A stretch of 62,250 bases of DNA, from NCBI GenBank assembly GCA_004376895.1, contig SOIH01000087.1, forward strand, positions 1 to 62,250, given 5' to 3'. The notes under the pieces are model-generated. The model searched no databases, was not told the DNA's origin, and worked only from the letters and a program-made list of their open reading frames with translations. Positions within the stretch are counted from its first letter, which is position 1, and every line of letters starts with the position of its first letter. Source of the DNA: Anaerolineales bacterium. Its GTDB lineage: Bacteria; Chloroflexota; Anaerolineae; Anaerolineales; E44-bin32. A program made the translations under genes and the position numbers. Below, one piece after another: positions 28,385 to 37,703 of the stretch.

Positions 28385-29035
28385 TCAATTATCGGGAAAC
28401 TGAAGTTCCTCTTTTCCAGTTAACTTGTCATGGATGCGGTCGATTACGATATCGAGGTGTCGGGGTTGGTGGACGAAATCGAGATCGTCCGTGCGGATTG
28501 TCAACACCGGGCAGATATCGAAACGGTTGATCCATTCCACATACAGGGAATCGAGCAACTCGAGGTATTCTTGGGTGATCCCCAATTCCATGTCTCTGGC
28601 ACGCTGCTGGATACGAACCATAAGAACAGGCACGGGCGCCTTTAGATGTATCAAGAGGTCCGGGGAAGGCAGCTTTCCTACGATGAGGTCGAAGACCTTG
28701 CGGTAGTTCTCATAATCTCGATCGGAAAGTGTCCCTAATCTTAGAGCTGCCCGGGCGAAGATCTCCGCGTCCTCGTAAATTGAGCGGTCGATAATCGTCG
28801 AAGCGGGAGAGTCGGCCAGGGCTAGATGCTGGTCTGCACGGTGGCCAAGGAAAAAGACATTAAGGTGAAAAGCCCAGACTGCCATATCGGCGTAGAAATC
28901 AGCGAGGTAGGGATTATCGACCACAGATTCGTACGCAGTATCCCAACCTAAACGCTCCCCCAGCCGCTCTGTGAGTGAAGTTTTCCCAGACCCGATGTTT
29001 CCGGCGACGAGCACGAAATGTTTTGCCATAGTCAA
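28385..29035 (-). CDS. Deoxynucleoside kinase (dNK family)
   Basis: P-loop GNIGSGKTS, YESVVDNPYL, DRSIYED and RIQQRARDME lid. Confidence 0.92.
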   Translation of the reverse strand: MTMAKHFVLVAGNIGSGKTSLTERLGERLGWDTAYESVVDNPYLADFYADMAVWAFHLNVFFLGHRADQHLALADSPASTIIDRSIYEDAEIFARAALRLGTLSDRDYENYRKVFDLIVGKLPSPDLLIHLKAPVPVLMVRIQQRARDMELGITQEYLELLDSLYVEWINRFDICPVLTIRTDDLDFVHQPRHLDIVIDRIHDKLTGKEELQFPDN

Positions 29036-29260
29036 CTACTCCTTGACAGTAAATATAATCGTGTTAATCCCATTATTAATTGTTACTCTAGAAACCATTA
29101 ACGCGGGTGGCCATTTTAGATTTTCAATTCAAGATGAGCAAACCAATGAAGGCAAGAGGTTTTTCACAAAAGGGATGTAGAAAGAGCGCGAGTGATTCGC
29201 AAAGAAGATTTCTCAATATAAATTCCTCGTTGAAGCTTGCTTTCCGGACCGGATGAAATT

Positions 29261-30109
29261 CTAGGAAGACTCACCTGCTTTCGTGAGCAGTGAACGAATC
29301 TCTTCTAGCTGCCCATCAGATACGTCGAGGCCTTCGAGCTTCCCTTCCGCACCGGAGACGATCCGTCGTCCAAGTTCCGTATGAGCCCAGACCTTAAGGT
29401 CTTCCTCGAGCGGCGATCCAACCACATCTTCACGAACGATCTTTCCATCCTCCATCACCAGGATGCGGCTCGTTTCACGCGCGACGGCAAGGTCGTGCGT
29501 GACGATAATAAAAGTTACTCCTTGGCTGAGATTCAATTCGCGAATTAACTCCATCAGGCTATGTCCTGCGGCGCTATCCAGGTTTCCCGTGGGTTCATCA
29601 GCGAGTACAAGCGGAGGGTTATTTGCCAGCGCTCGGGCTACAGCAACGCGCTGACGCTGACCTCCCGAAAGTTGATTGGGTAAGTGGCCTCGTCGATCCG
29701 ATAAGCCTACCAATTCCAGAAGTTCCTCTGCCCGCGCATTGCTCTCCGATGCGGTCAGACGCCCAACCATCGGCACTTCGAGGTTTTCAAGTGCCGTCAG
29801 CGTAGGAAGTAGGTTGTGCAGTTGAAAAATGAAACCAACGGTATTTGCTCGGAAAGCAGCTTTATTCTTGATCTTCGACACATCCTGTCCCCCAATGAAA
29901 ACCGAACCTTTCGTGGGCGTATCGAGCGCGCCGAGGATATTCAGGAGCGTACTTTTGCCGCTGCCGCTCGGCCCCATGATCGCAAGAAGTTCTCCTTGCT
30001 TGACCCGTAAATCGACCCCGTCGAGGGCACAGATCTCCTCGCCATCACCATAAACCCGCATTAAGTCGTTGGCTTCAATTATCCATTCTCGAGCGGCATC
30101 CATCATCAA
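29261..30109 (-). CDS. ABC transporter ATP-binding protein (LolD/MacB-type) with C-terminal extension
   Basis: GPSGSGKST, LSGGQRQRVAVARAL, LADEPTGNLD and VTHD. Confidence 0.92.
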   Translation of the reverse strand: MMMDAAREWIIEANDLMRVYGDGEEICALDGVDLRVKQGELLAIMGPSGSGKSTLLNILGALDTPTKGSVFIGGQDVSKIKNKAAFRANTVGFIFQLHNLLPTLTALENLEVPMVGRLTASESNARAEELLELVGLSDRRGHLPNQLSGGQRQRVAVARALANNPPLVLADEPTGNLDSAAGHSLMELIRELNLSQGVTFIIVTHDLAVARETSRILVMEDGKIVREDVVGSPLEEDLKVWAHTELGRRIVSGAEGKLEGLDVSDGQLEEIRSLLTKAGESS

Positions 30110-30155
30110 CTCTCATCCTAGGTATGAAACGAGGCGATAGCCCCCCCCAACGCTA

Positions 30156-31352
30156 TCAACTCCCAATTTCGATATCTACAAAAGCCGTCATCCCCCACCT
30201 AACTTTCTCTGGAACATCAGTCAGTTCAAGTATCACCTTGTAATTCACCCCCGAACCCTCAGTCGATTTGCTGGCGATGTAAACGACCTGACCCTCAACC
30301 TCAAGATCTGCTAACGCGTCAAAAGTGATGATTGCGAAGTCACCTATCTCGATTTGTGCAGCATCGATCTCGTTCAAGTCCGTCGTCTCCACCCTTAGAG
30401 TCTGTAAATCTGCGAACACAATCAGAGGCTGCCCAGGAGCGACCCACTCCTTCTCCTGTGTGTGTATCTCGCTGATCGTCCCGGCGAACGGCGCTTCTAA
30501 AATAAGCAGAGAGAGGGCGGTTTCAGCCGCTTTTACCTGAGCCTTCGCAGTGGCAACCCGCGCTTCCACTCGTTCGAGGGTTTCGGGATCCGGGCCATTT
30601 TTAACTCGTGTCCAATTCTGTTCAGCAATACCGAGTTCCGCCTCGGTTATTGAAAGTTTGGCATCGAGAATGGCTTGATCTGTCTCAGATGGATGGCCTA
30701 AATACCAGTTGAGATTCCTGAGCGCGGCATCGCGCGCACTGCGCGCAGAAGATAGTGCGATCAACGCCATCGCCCGTTGGGCATCGTCCTCGGATCGACC
30801 AGAGTAGCTGTCGTAATTGGATTTCGCTCGGTCGACCTCCTCCTCCGCAATCACGAGGCTGGCCTGCGTAGCGTCGATCGTGGATTGGCTGGCGCGATAA
30901 CCTTCCTGCTGAACACGCCAGTTGTACTCTGCGTCTTCAAACGCATCTTGGGCATTCGCTAAGGCAAGCTGCGTCTGCGCACTTACAAGCTCAGCAGTGC
31001 GGTGCACCTCATCCAGGTTTTGGTTTGCAAGGATGAGTTCTAAGCGAGTAGCGTCCAACGCAGCATGAGCCTGTTCTCTCCCCTCTAAAGCCATCAGGGT
31101 TTTTCCCTTCTCAACCATCTCCCCCTCTTCAACCATGATTGCATCCAGAATACCTGGAGTCGGGAAACTCAACACAACCCTTTTTGAAGGGAGCACAATA
31201 CCCGTGGCACTGACTACAGGCTGAAAGTCCTCCAGAATGGCACTGTTGGACTCCTCGGTTAAGTCGGGTGTGCCTTGGCTGCACGCAGGAAGAACGAGAA
31301 TCGCAGCAATCAAGAGAAGATATAAAGCTCGCAATGCTATTTTGTTATTCAT
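30156..31352 (-). CDS. HlyD/MacA-like periplasmic adaptor lipoprotein
   Basis: Lipobox LPAC, lipoyl halves (VEEGEMVEKG ... APFAGTI), long coiled coil and C-terminal RWGMTAFV. Confidence 0.88.
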   Translation of the reverse strand: MNNKIALRALYLLLIAAILVLPACSQGTPDLTEESNSAILEDFQPVVSATGIVLPSKRVVLSFPTPGILDAIMVEEGEMVEKGKTLMALEGREQAHAALDATRLELILANQNLDEVHRTAELVSAQTQLALANAQDAFEDAEYNWRVQQEGYRASQSTIDATQASLVIAEEEVDRAKSNYDSYSGRSEDDAQRAMALIALSSARSARDAALRNLNWYLGHPSETDQAILDAKLSITEAELGIAEQNWTRVKNGPDPETLERVEARVATAKAQVKAAETALSLLILEAPFAGTISEIHTQEKEWVAPGQPLIVFADLQTLRVETTDLNEIDAAQIEIGDFAIITFDALADLEVEGQVVYIASKSTEGSGVNYKVILELTDVPEKVRWGMTAFVDIEIGS

Positions 31353-31406
31353 TATCAGTCATCCTTTAATTCGATTTCCAATATAAATATTTCACAGATG
31401 CAATCC

Positions 31407-33656
31407 TTATTCATAACGCAACGCCTCTACCGGTTCAAGACGGGTTGCTCTGAGTGCGGGATATAAACCACCAATCAAGCCTAATAGTAGCGCCACCGTG
31501 AAGGCGCGGGCGAAGATCCCAATAGACCAAATCGGTTGAACAGCCTCACCGATCATCGGAATTAAGTTCAACAGAGCAATCAATCCAAAAGCAATCAAAA
31601 CACCCAGTACACCGCCGATAAGCCCCAAGAGCAGCGCCTCGCGGAAAATCAAGCCCAGAACCCGGAAACGGGACCATCCAACGGCACGAAGCACACCGAT
31701 TTCACGTGTGCGCTCAAGCACAGCCATAAGCATGGAATTCATCACCCCAACGCCCCCGACCATGATCGCCAGAGCGGAAATCCCATCCATCATCCCGGAG
31801 GCAGCCTCCATATCTGGCATCTGCTCGGCGAACTCACCCGCCAGCGCCGCATGAGTTCCATCAATGGTTGCGTTGATCTTATCGACGACTGCCGGTGCAT
31901 CATCTGGATTATGAACCTTCACCGCATACATCGTCACCTTCCTGGGACGACCGATAAAGGCTTGGGCATCGCGCAGTGTCATGACGCCCCCTAATTCCTC
32001 CCACCCAATCTCGCTCTCATAAATCCCAACTATGCGGAATCGCTGACGGTTCAATTCGATGGTATCGCCAACTGCTTTGTTTAGCGCCTCAGCGACCATC
32101 CTCCCCAACATGATTTGATGATTTCCCTCGATACGCCGGCCCTGATCAATCACGAAGCGGCGAATGGCGTATTCATTGGGAGAATACCCTAGCAAGACGA
32201 AGAAACCGCCTGTCTCCGGCAGCATTATGGCCGAGAAAACCATCCCGCTCACATTCTCCACTTCGGGAAAAGCGGCAATCCTCGCTCCTATACGTTGATC
32301 TAGAGCACTCAAACTCGTATCGGCGATATCAGACTGACGCACCATGATCTCCGTGCCTGCACCAATTGCCATCGAGTTGAGTGACTCCCCGGCTCCTGCG
32401 ATCATTCCATCTATCGCCATAATACTGCCAGTTGTAAGACCGATCGCGGCGAGGGTTAAAAATGTTCGAGTTGTCCGCTGCCATAAGCTCTGTACAGCCA
32501 TCCCGCCGATCGGGAAACGGCGCACATGCTTACTAGCGGTTCCGCCCTCATAGCGAATCGCTTCGACGGGATCCAACAGTGAAGCTCGCCAGGCAGGATA
32601 CAGCCCTGCAACTACGCCCAATATGAAAACAACTGCACACGCCTGGAGGATGAGACCAGAAGAGATCGTAGCGGTAGATGCACCAAAGAGTTGCGCTGAG
32701 TCGGAGAAGGCGATCAACGCCAGATAGCCAAGCCCTACACCAAGAAGTCCGCCAGCCATGCAAACAATGAGCGATTCGCCCAAAATCATCCAAAGGATAC
32801 GTTTGTTTGGCCAACCAAGCGCTTTGAGCACACCGATCTCACGAGTCCGCTCGTAGACCGACATCAACTGCGCGTTCATCATCCCCACGCCGCCGATCAC
32901 AATCGCAAGCCCGGCGATACCCCAAACGGTTCCTTTCAAGGCATCGCCCATAATCTGTTTGTCAGCGAAATTAGCTGTCCCACTTAGATCCAGATCGGGC
33001 ATAACCTTCTCGACACGCTTAGAGAATCGTTCCTCCAGCTGGGGATCTTTCAATTGAATATAAAAGAGGCTGACTTGTCGGGGCTTCCCAAGCAGCTCCT
33101 GCGCTTCATTCAACGGCAGCACTGCGCCGCTATCCTCAAAAGCATCTCCTGTTTGGAATACCCCGATGATGCGATAGACAGTATCACTCAGGCGAATGGT
33201 ATCGCCCACCGATTTCCCCAGAGCTTCAGCGGCGGCTAAGCCCAGAAGAATTGGATTCCCGGATGTCCGCAAATGACTGCTCGTGTTGAGCCCTTCCCCT
33301 TCAATAACCTGGAATCGCTCCAAGACAAAGCTATCCTGCGGATATCCAAAAATGAAGAAATAGGGGAACTCCTCTGCAGGGACGAATCCTTGCATCATCC
33401 CACTTACCGCTAACACTTCCGGCATTGCGCGCAATTTGGGTCCAATAGTTTCTTCCACCGAGCTGAGGCTGATATCAAAGGAGTTCGGCTGGCTGATGAC
33501 GAGATCTGCCTGGCTGCCCGAAAGCATCGAACTGTACCCCGCCTCCATACCTTCGGCGAGGGCGCCCAGACCAACAATAGCAGCCACCCCGAGGGCGATG
33601 CCAAGCACGGTGAGAAAAGTTCGACCTTTGCGTCTAGTGATGTTTTTCCAGATCAC
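31407..33656 (-). CDS. Tandem double FtsX/MacB-type ABC permease
   Basis: Two homologous halves, each with RTFLT..., GGVG.MN..LM.V.ERTREIGVL.A.GW and YPA.RA..L.PVEA.RYE. Confidence 0.9.
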   Translation of the reverse strand: MIWKNITRRKGRTFLTVLGIALGVAAIVGLGALAEGMEAGYSSMLSGSQADLVISQPNSFDISLSSVEETIGPKLRAMPEVLAVSGMMQGFVPAEEFPYFFIFGYPQDSFVLERFQVIEGEGLNTSSHLRTSGNPILLGLAAAEALGKSVGDTIRLSDTVYRIIGVFQTGDAFEDSGAVLPLNEAQELLGKPRQVSLFYIQLKDPQLEERFSKRVEKVMPDLDLSGTANFADKQIMGDALKGTVWGIAGLAIVIGGVGMMNAQLMSVYERTREIGVLKALGWPNKRILWMILGESLIVCMAGGLLGVGLGYLALIAFSDSAQLFGASTATISSGLILQACAVVFILGVVAGLYPAWRASLLDPVEAIRYEGGTASKHVRRFPIGGMAVQSLWQRTTRTFLTLAAIGLTTGSIMAIDGMIAGAGESLNSMAIGAGTEIMVRQSDIADTSLSALDQRIGARIAAFPEVENVSGMVFSAIMLPETGGFFVLLGYSPNEYAIRRFVIDQGRRIEGNHQIMLGRMVAEALNKAVGDTIELNRQRFRIVGIYESEIGWEELGGVMTLRDAQAFIGRPRKVTMYAVKVHNPDDAPAVVDKINATIDGTHAALAGEFAEQMPDMEAASGMMDGISALAIMVGGVGVMNSMLMAVLERTREIGVLRAVGWSRFRVLGLIFREALLLGLIGGVLGVLIAFGLIALLNLIPMIGEAVQPIWSIGIFARAFTVALLLGLIGGLYPALRATRLEPVEALRYE

Positions 33657-33665
33657 GCTACAACC

Positions 33666-33944
33666 TTATGATGAAGACTTACCTTCATTTGCCAATACAC
33701 CCATTACGCTTGGGTTTTCCATTCTCCGTCTTTCGCGTAGGAATGAAGGTTTGGATAAGGGGATCGAACCCCAGCTTTCCAACATGAATAGTATGGTTCT
33801 CTCCTGATACAGTAAGTATACCGACGGATCAGGATTTCTTCGTTCTTTGGGGGGAATCGTCTGTGTTTTATCAGAGATATGTCCGGCTTTAATCAGATAA
33901 CGTCTTGCCGCGAAGTGAATGAACCCCTTCATTTTATCGGACAT
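33666..33944 (-). CDS. Small hypothetical protein (92 aa) in the export operon
   Basis: Strong SD GGAGGAG before the ATG. The stop lies 9 nt before the permease start. No recognisable motif. Confidence 0.5.
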   Translation of the reverse strand: MSDKMKGFIHFAARRYLIKAGHISDKTQTIPPKERRNPDPSVYLLYQERTILFMLESWGSIPLSKPSFLRERRRMENPSVMGVLANEGKSSS

Positions 33945-34113
33945 CTCTGCTCCTCCCATATAGAACTTATCTCCTTGCGTACCTTTCTGACTTCTCGCAT
34001 TCAAGATGGAGATCGTAACCCTACCCAGGGGGGATCTATTGGCATAACCGATTCCCGCGCCGACACTCCGGGCAATTCATTCTGCCCTGGCCATTCGTGA
34101 TAAATGGATATGT

Positions 34114-34917
34114 TCAAAATCGAGAGGAGCGCAGCATACGTGGTCCAAGACGATCGATAAGCCATCCGAAATACATTTCAATCCATGGGACCACCCATAA
34201 CAACCGTGGAACGTAAATCGCCCGCCTGGGTTTCTTCAAAAGCTCCAAAATTCGCCGTGCGACAGTCTCTGGCCGAACTGCAAGACCCTGCAGCGGGATA
34301 ACACCACTCTCGGGTTGTAAAGCCACCTTATTGAAGAAAAGTGTCCTGACTGCTCCTGTTCGGACCACACTTACATTAACTCCAGTACTCACAAGTTCTC
34401 GATAAAGTGAGGTTGTGAAGCCATCGAGAAATGCTTTGGTTGCACCGTAGAGTGCGACTCCTTGGCTGGGAATACTGGCGACAATCGAGCCGACATTGAT
34501 GATATGCCCGCGATTATTTCTTTTCATCTCTGGCAGAAACTGAAGCGTAAGGCTCGTCACTGCTTGAACATTAACCGCGAGCATGTCTTTTGCCACACTC
34601 CACGGCATCTCGTCCCCAAACCCATACCAGCCAAATCCAGCATTATTGAGCAAAACCTCGATCGGAGATCCAATATTCTTCACCTTATCAGCAATGGCGG
34701 AAAAAGATTCTTCCTGGCTCAGATCTGAGCAGATGATATCCGCTGGTCCACCAGATTTCCGGAGTTTTGACTGAAGCTTCTCCAGGCGGTCTCGGCGACG
34801 AGCGATCAAGACCAGGTGGAAACCCGCAGCGGAGAGTTGCAGTGCAGCCGCTTCACCTATCCCGCTTGAGGCGCCTGTTACAACTGCGATTCCTTCAGAT
34901 GCTCTCGGTTCAATCAT
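34114..34917 (-). CDS. Short-chain dehydrogenase/reductase (DltE/HetN-like classical SDR)
   Basis: TGASSGIG, ARR, NNAGFG and YGATK. Confidence 0.92.
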   Translation of the reverse strand: MIEPRASEGIAVVTGASSGIGEAAALQLSAAGFHLVLIARRRDRLEKLQSKLRKSGGPADIICSDLSQEESFSAIADKVKNIGSPIEVLLNNAGFGWYGFGDEMPWSVAKDMLAVNVQAVTSLTLQFLPEMKRNNRGHIINVGSIVASIPSQGVALYGATKAFLDGFTTSLYRELVSTGVNVSVVRTGAVRTLFFNKVALQPESGVIPLQGLAVRPETVARRILELLKKPRRAIYVPRLLWVVPWIEMYFGWLIDRLGPRMLRSSRF

Positions 34918-34926
34918 TTGGCTACT

Positions 34927-35883
34927 TCAGACTTGCACACGTGATTTTCTCAAAATCCATGCGCGGATTAACGGTCGGAAGAGGCGAATGAAGAAGCGAC
35001 GAAAACCAACTCTTTTCTTTACATCCTCGATGTAATCCGACAATGTCCGCCGTTGAAAATTCAATACCCTCTGACTTTCCTCGGTCTCTAACCAATCTGT
35101 GGGATATGGTTCATTAGTGAAGGCGTCTTCTGGCAGCATTCCAACCCCGACTGCCTCCAGCACCCCTTCCACGAGCTCCCGTTGATAGAGCTGACAGTCA
35201 GGTCCACCGCCGATGTGCCAGACCTTTCCCCAGATTTCATCTGTCTCCAGACCATTCGCAATCGCTAACCCCACATCCCTTCTATGGACGAATTCGATGC
35301 GGTTGTTCAACGGGACATCAAACATTGCTGGGTCCATCAAAAGGCGTATTGGAAGGGACGCTCCCAATCGAAAGATTGTCCATGTTAATCCCGAGCGTTG
35401 GATCATCTCCTCACATTCGACCTTGTGCTTTGCATAGTGCTCGATGGGATGTGGAGTATCGAATACTGTCCGCGGCGGCGGTAAATGCTGGGTCTTTCCA
35501 TAGATATGGAGCGAGGAAGAGAATAGGATTTTAGGGGGCTGTGGCTGTTGTTTCATTGCATCAAGCAAGTTCTTCATACCCCCAACATTAATCTCCCGTG
35601 CCCATTCCGGGTCTGTCTCGCTACTGACTCCAGTCGCGGAAAGTGAGGGAATCACGAATGCCAAATGGACAACAATTTGGATATCTCGCAGAGCCCCCTT
35701 TAAATCCTCGGGTCGGCGTAAATCCCCCCAGATGATTTGCGCTCTCTGCACATATGATCTAGCGGCTCTCTCGTTCGCTTTCGTTTTAAGATCAAAGCAG
35801 CGAACCTGATGCCCGCGCTTGAGGAGCGCATCCAACGCGCTTTGGCCGATATTTCCAAAAGCTCCGGTAAGGAGTACGTTCAT
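34927..35883 (-). CDS. Extended SDR, NAD-dependent epimerase/dehydratase (3-beta-HSD-like)
   Basis: TGAFGNIG, VVHLA, SSSLHIYG and YAKHK. Confidence 0.88.
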   Translation of the reverse strand: MNVLLTGAFGNIGQSALDALLKRGHQVRCFDLKTKANERAARSYVQRAQIIWGDLRRPEDLKGALRDIQIVVHLAFVIPSLSATGVSSETDPEWAREINVGGMKNLLDAMKQQPQPPKILFSSSLHIYGKTQHLPPPRTVFDTPHPIEHYAKHKVECEEMIQRSGLTWTIFRLGASLPIRLLMDPAMFDVPLNNRIEFVHRRDVGLAIANGLETDEIWGKVWHIGGGPDCQLYQRELVEGVLEAVGVGMLPEDAFTNEPYPTDWLETEESQRVLNFQRRTLSDYIEDVKKRVGFRRFFIRLFRPLIRAWILRKSRVQV

Positions 35884-35887
35884 TTTC

Positions 35888-36487
35888 CTACCTCGCAACT
35901 ATTCCATGAAGCAGGAGTTGCAGCGCTTCCTGGGTTACGTCCCGCCAGTCCTCTCCACCTGGGTCCAGAAGACCCTGAACGAGCATTCCAACCGCCAGAG
36001 CAATTATGACGCGGGCTACATGGTGAGGGGCAATCTCTCTTAGACTCTCCTCGTCTATCCCCCGCTGGATCAGGACAGCGAAGAAATCACGATAACGTTG
36101 AAACGGCTCGACCGTAGCATCCCAAACAGCCGGATCTCGAATAGCTCTGCTCAAAAATTCAAGAAAGATCGGGAGCTGTGGGCCGCCAACATCGAGTACC
36201 TGCCCTACGATCTCACCCATGGAGAGCAACCTTTCTTTGACATCATTGGTTGACTCATTTATAAGAACGAGCTGCTCATCCAAGCCCTTAAGCCAGCGCT
36301 GCATAAGCTCTAAAAATACTGACTGTTTGGTTTTATAATGATGATAGAAAGCCCCTTTGCTCACACCCACGGCGTCGCAGATCATTGAAACACTCGTCGC
36401 CTCGTAACCCTGCACGGCGAACAAATGCTCAGCCGCCTCAAGGATGCTTTCTTTCGTTTGGGTTGCCCGATCTTGCTGTTTCATCAT
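35888..36487 (-). CDS. TetR/AcrR family transcriptional regulator
   Basis: ILEAAEHLFAVQGYEATSVSMICDAVGVSKGAFYHHY HTH. Confidence 0.92.
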   Translation of the reverse strand: MMKQQDRATQTKESILEAAEHLFAVQGYEATSVSMICDAVGVSKGAFYHHYKTKQSVFLELMQRWLKGLDEQLVLINESTNDVKERLLSMGEIVGQVLDVGGPQLPIFLEFLSRAIRDPAVWDATVEPFQRYRDFFAVLIQRGIDEESLREIAPHHVARVIIALAVGMLVQGLLDPGGEDWRDVTQEALQLLLHGIVAR

Positions 36488-36498
36488 CCCCTCACAAT

Positions 36499-36518
36499 CA
36501 TACCGACCGGTCGGTATG
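36499..36518. promoter_or_regulatory. Perfect 20-bp palindrome CATACCGACCGGTCGGTATG, candidate TetR operator
   Basis: Directly upstream of the TetR start. The core is almost identical to the site at 4737. Confidence 0.75.
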
Positions 36519-36649
36519 TTAATTTAATCGAAATAACCCCTTTAAGCAAGGGGTAGAAACTCCTACTTCCCATAGATTGTGTTTGAGCTCAGGAAGAACT
36601 GCTTATCTACACAGACATCGGCGCTGCGATCTAGTAGAAACATCCTAAG

Positions 36650-36926
36650 GATTTCTCACTTTGCTCTGTATGAAAGATCCCCTGGCCAATGTCATTCTTG
36701 AGGAGTGTAACAACAAAGAATCTCGTTCGCGGCAAGGAGCACAATTAAATTCAATGAACGAGATTCTTCGCTCCGCTCAGCATGACTTTAATGGGCTGCA
36801 TTCGAGTTTAGAAATGGAACCCGCACTAGCAACTTCCTAGGGATTTCTCGCTTCGCTCGAATTGACATTTTTTCAAAGCCCTTCCCGCGCTTGTCATTGC
36901 GAGGAACGGAGTGACGAAGCAATCTC
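36650..36926. repeat. Cluster of GTC-tagged REP-like palindromic repeats (one full element 36691-36786 plus half elements)
   Basis: GTCATTCTTGAG...AAGAATCTCGTTC / GAACGAGATTCTTCGCTCCGCTCAGCATGAC. Half units GGATTTCTCGCTTCGCTCGAATTGACA (36841) and TGTCATTGCGAGGAACGGAGTGACGAAGCAATCTC (36892). Related to 61969-62078. Confidence 0.75.
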
Positions 36927-37005
36927 CTCCTTAAGCTGCGGAAGTTGGACGTGTGCGGGCAGCGGGCCGATGCTCGGTCATCCACACAATAGTGACCTCC
37001 CACCC

Positions 37006-37425
37006 TCATTCTCCGATGATTTTTACCAGCACCCTTTTCTTTCTGCCCCCATCAAATTCGCCATAGAAGATCTGTTCCCAGGGTCCGAAATCGAGCTGTC
37101 CACTGGTCACGGCGACGACTACTTCCCTGCCCATGATCTGCCGCTTCATGTGTGCATCCGCGTTGTCCTCACCCGTTCGATTGTGGAGATATTGACTGGT
37201 TGGCGCATGCGGTGCAAGGTTCTCAAGCCACACCTCGTAGTCCTCGTGCAGACCGGACTCATCATCGTTAATAAAGACAGACGCCGTGATGTGCATCGCG
37301 TTGATGAGCACGAGCCCTTCCTGGATCCCACTCTCACGCAGGCAGCTATCAACCTCCGGGGTTATGTTAATCAACGCTCGTCGGCTCTGGATGTTAAACC
37401 ACAGCTCTTTTCGATAGGCTTGCAT
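37006..37425 (-). CDS. yjbQ: YjbQ (UPF0047) family protein
   Basis: [15 protein letters not shown] and [13 protein letters not shown]. Confidence 0.92.
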   Translation of the reverse strand: MQAYRKELWFNIQSRRALINITPEVDSCLRESGIQEGLVLINAMHITASVFINDDESGLHEDYEVWLENLAPHAPTSQYLHNRTGEDNADAHMKRQIMGREVVVAVTSGQLDFGPWEQIFYGEFDGGRKKRVLVKIIGE

Positions 37426-37628
37426 CTCGATTCCTCCTTTCCCGAAGACAGGGTAATAACTCGTATTCCTTATTCCTCGATCACCTAGCGCCTGATCCTA
37501 TTAACTTCGACCATGACTCCATCTGGTCGAACCTAAGAAGACTAACTGTGCATGATAAGACAGGCGACGACTCTATTCTACGTTGTGTTAGGGGAAGGTC
37601 ATACCGAGGGCGGATTGTTATCGGACAA

Positions 37629-37662
37629 AATCCAGCGTCAGACCAATCATTGCGCTGGATTT
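37629..37662 (-). terminator. Probable terminator downstream of nrdJ
   Basis: Inverted repeat AAATCCAGCG...CGCTGGATTT, followed by a T-run on the minus strand. Confidence 0.55.
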
Positions 37663-37703
37663 CTATGTTGGGTTAGCCTTATTTGCAAAGAGTAAAACTA
37701 CTC

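Noticed and set aside
33945-34113. Possible cobalamin riboswitch (GGGAATCGG on the minus strand)
   Set aside because: The remaining conserved elements (GCCCCCGCAACTGT-like and B12 box) are not visible.
36788-37488. ORFs 36862..37488 (+) and 36788..37009 (-)
   Set aside because: One is an antisense shadow of yjbQ and the other a translation of palindromic repeats.
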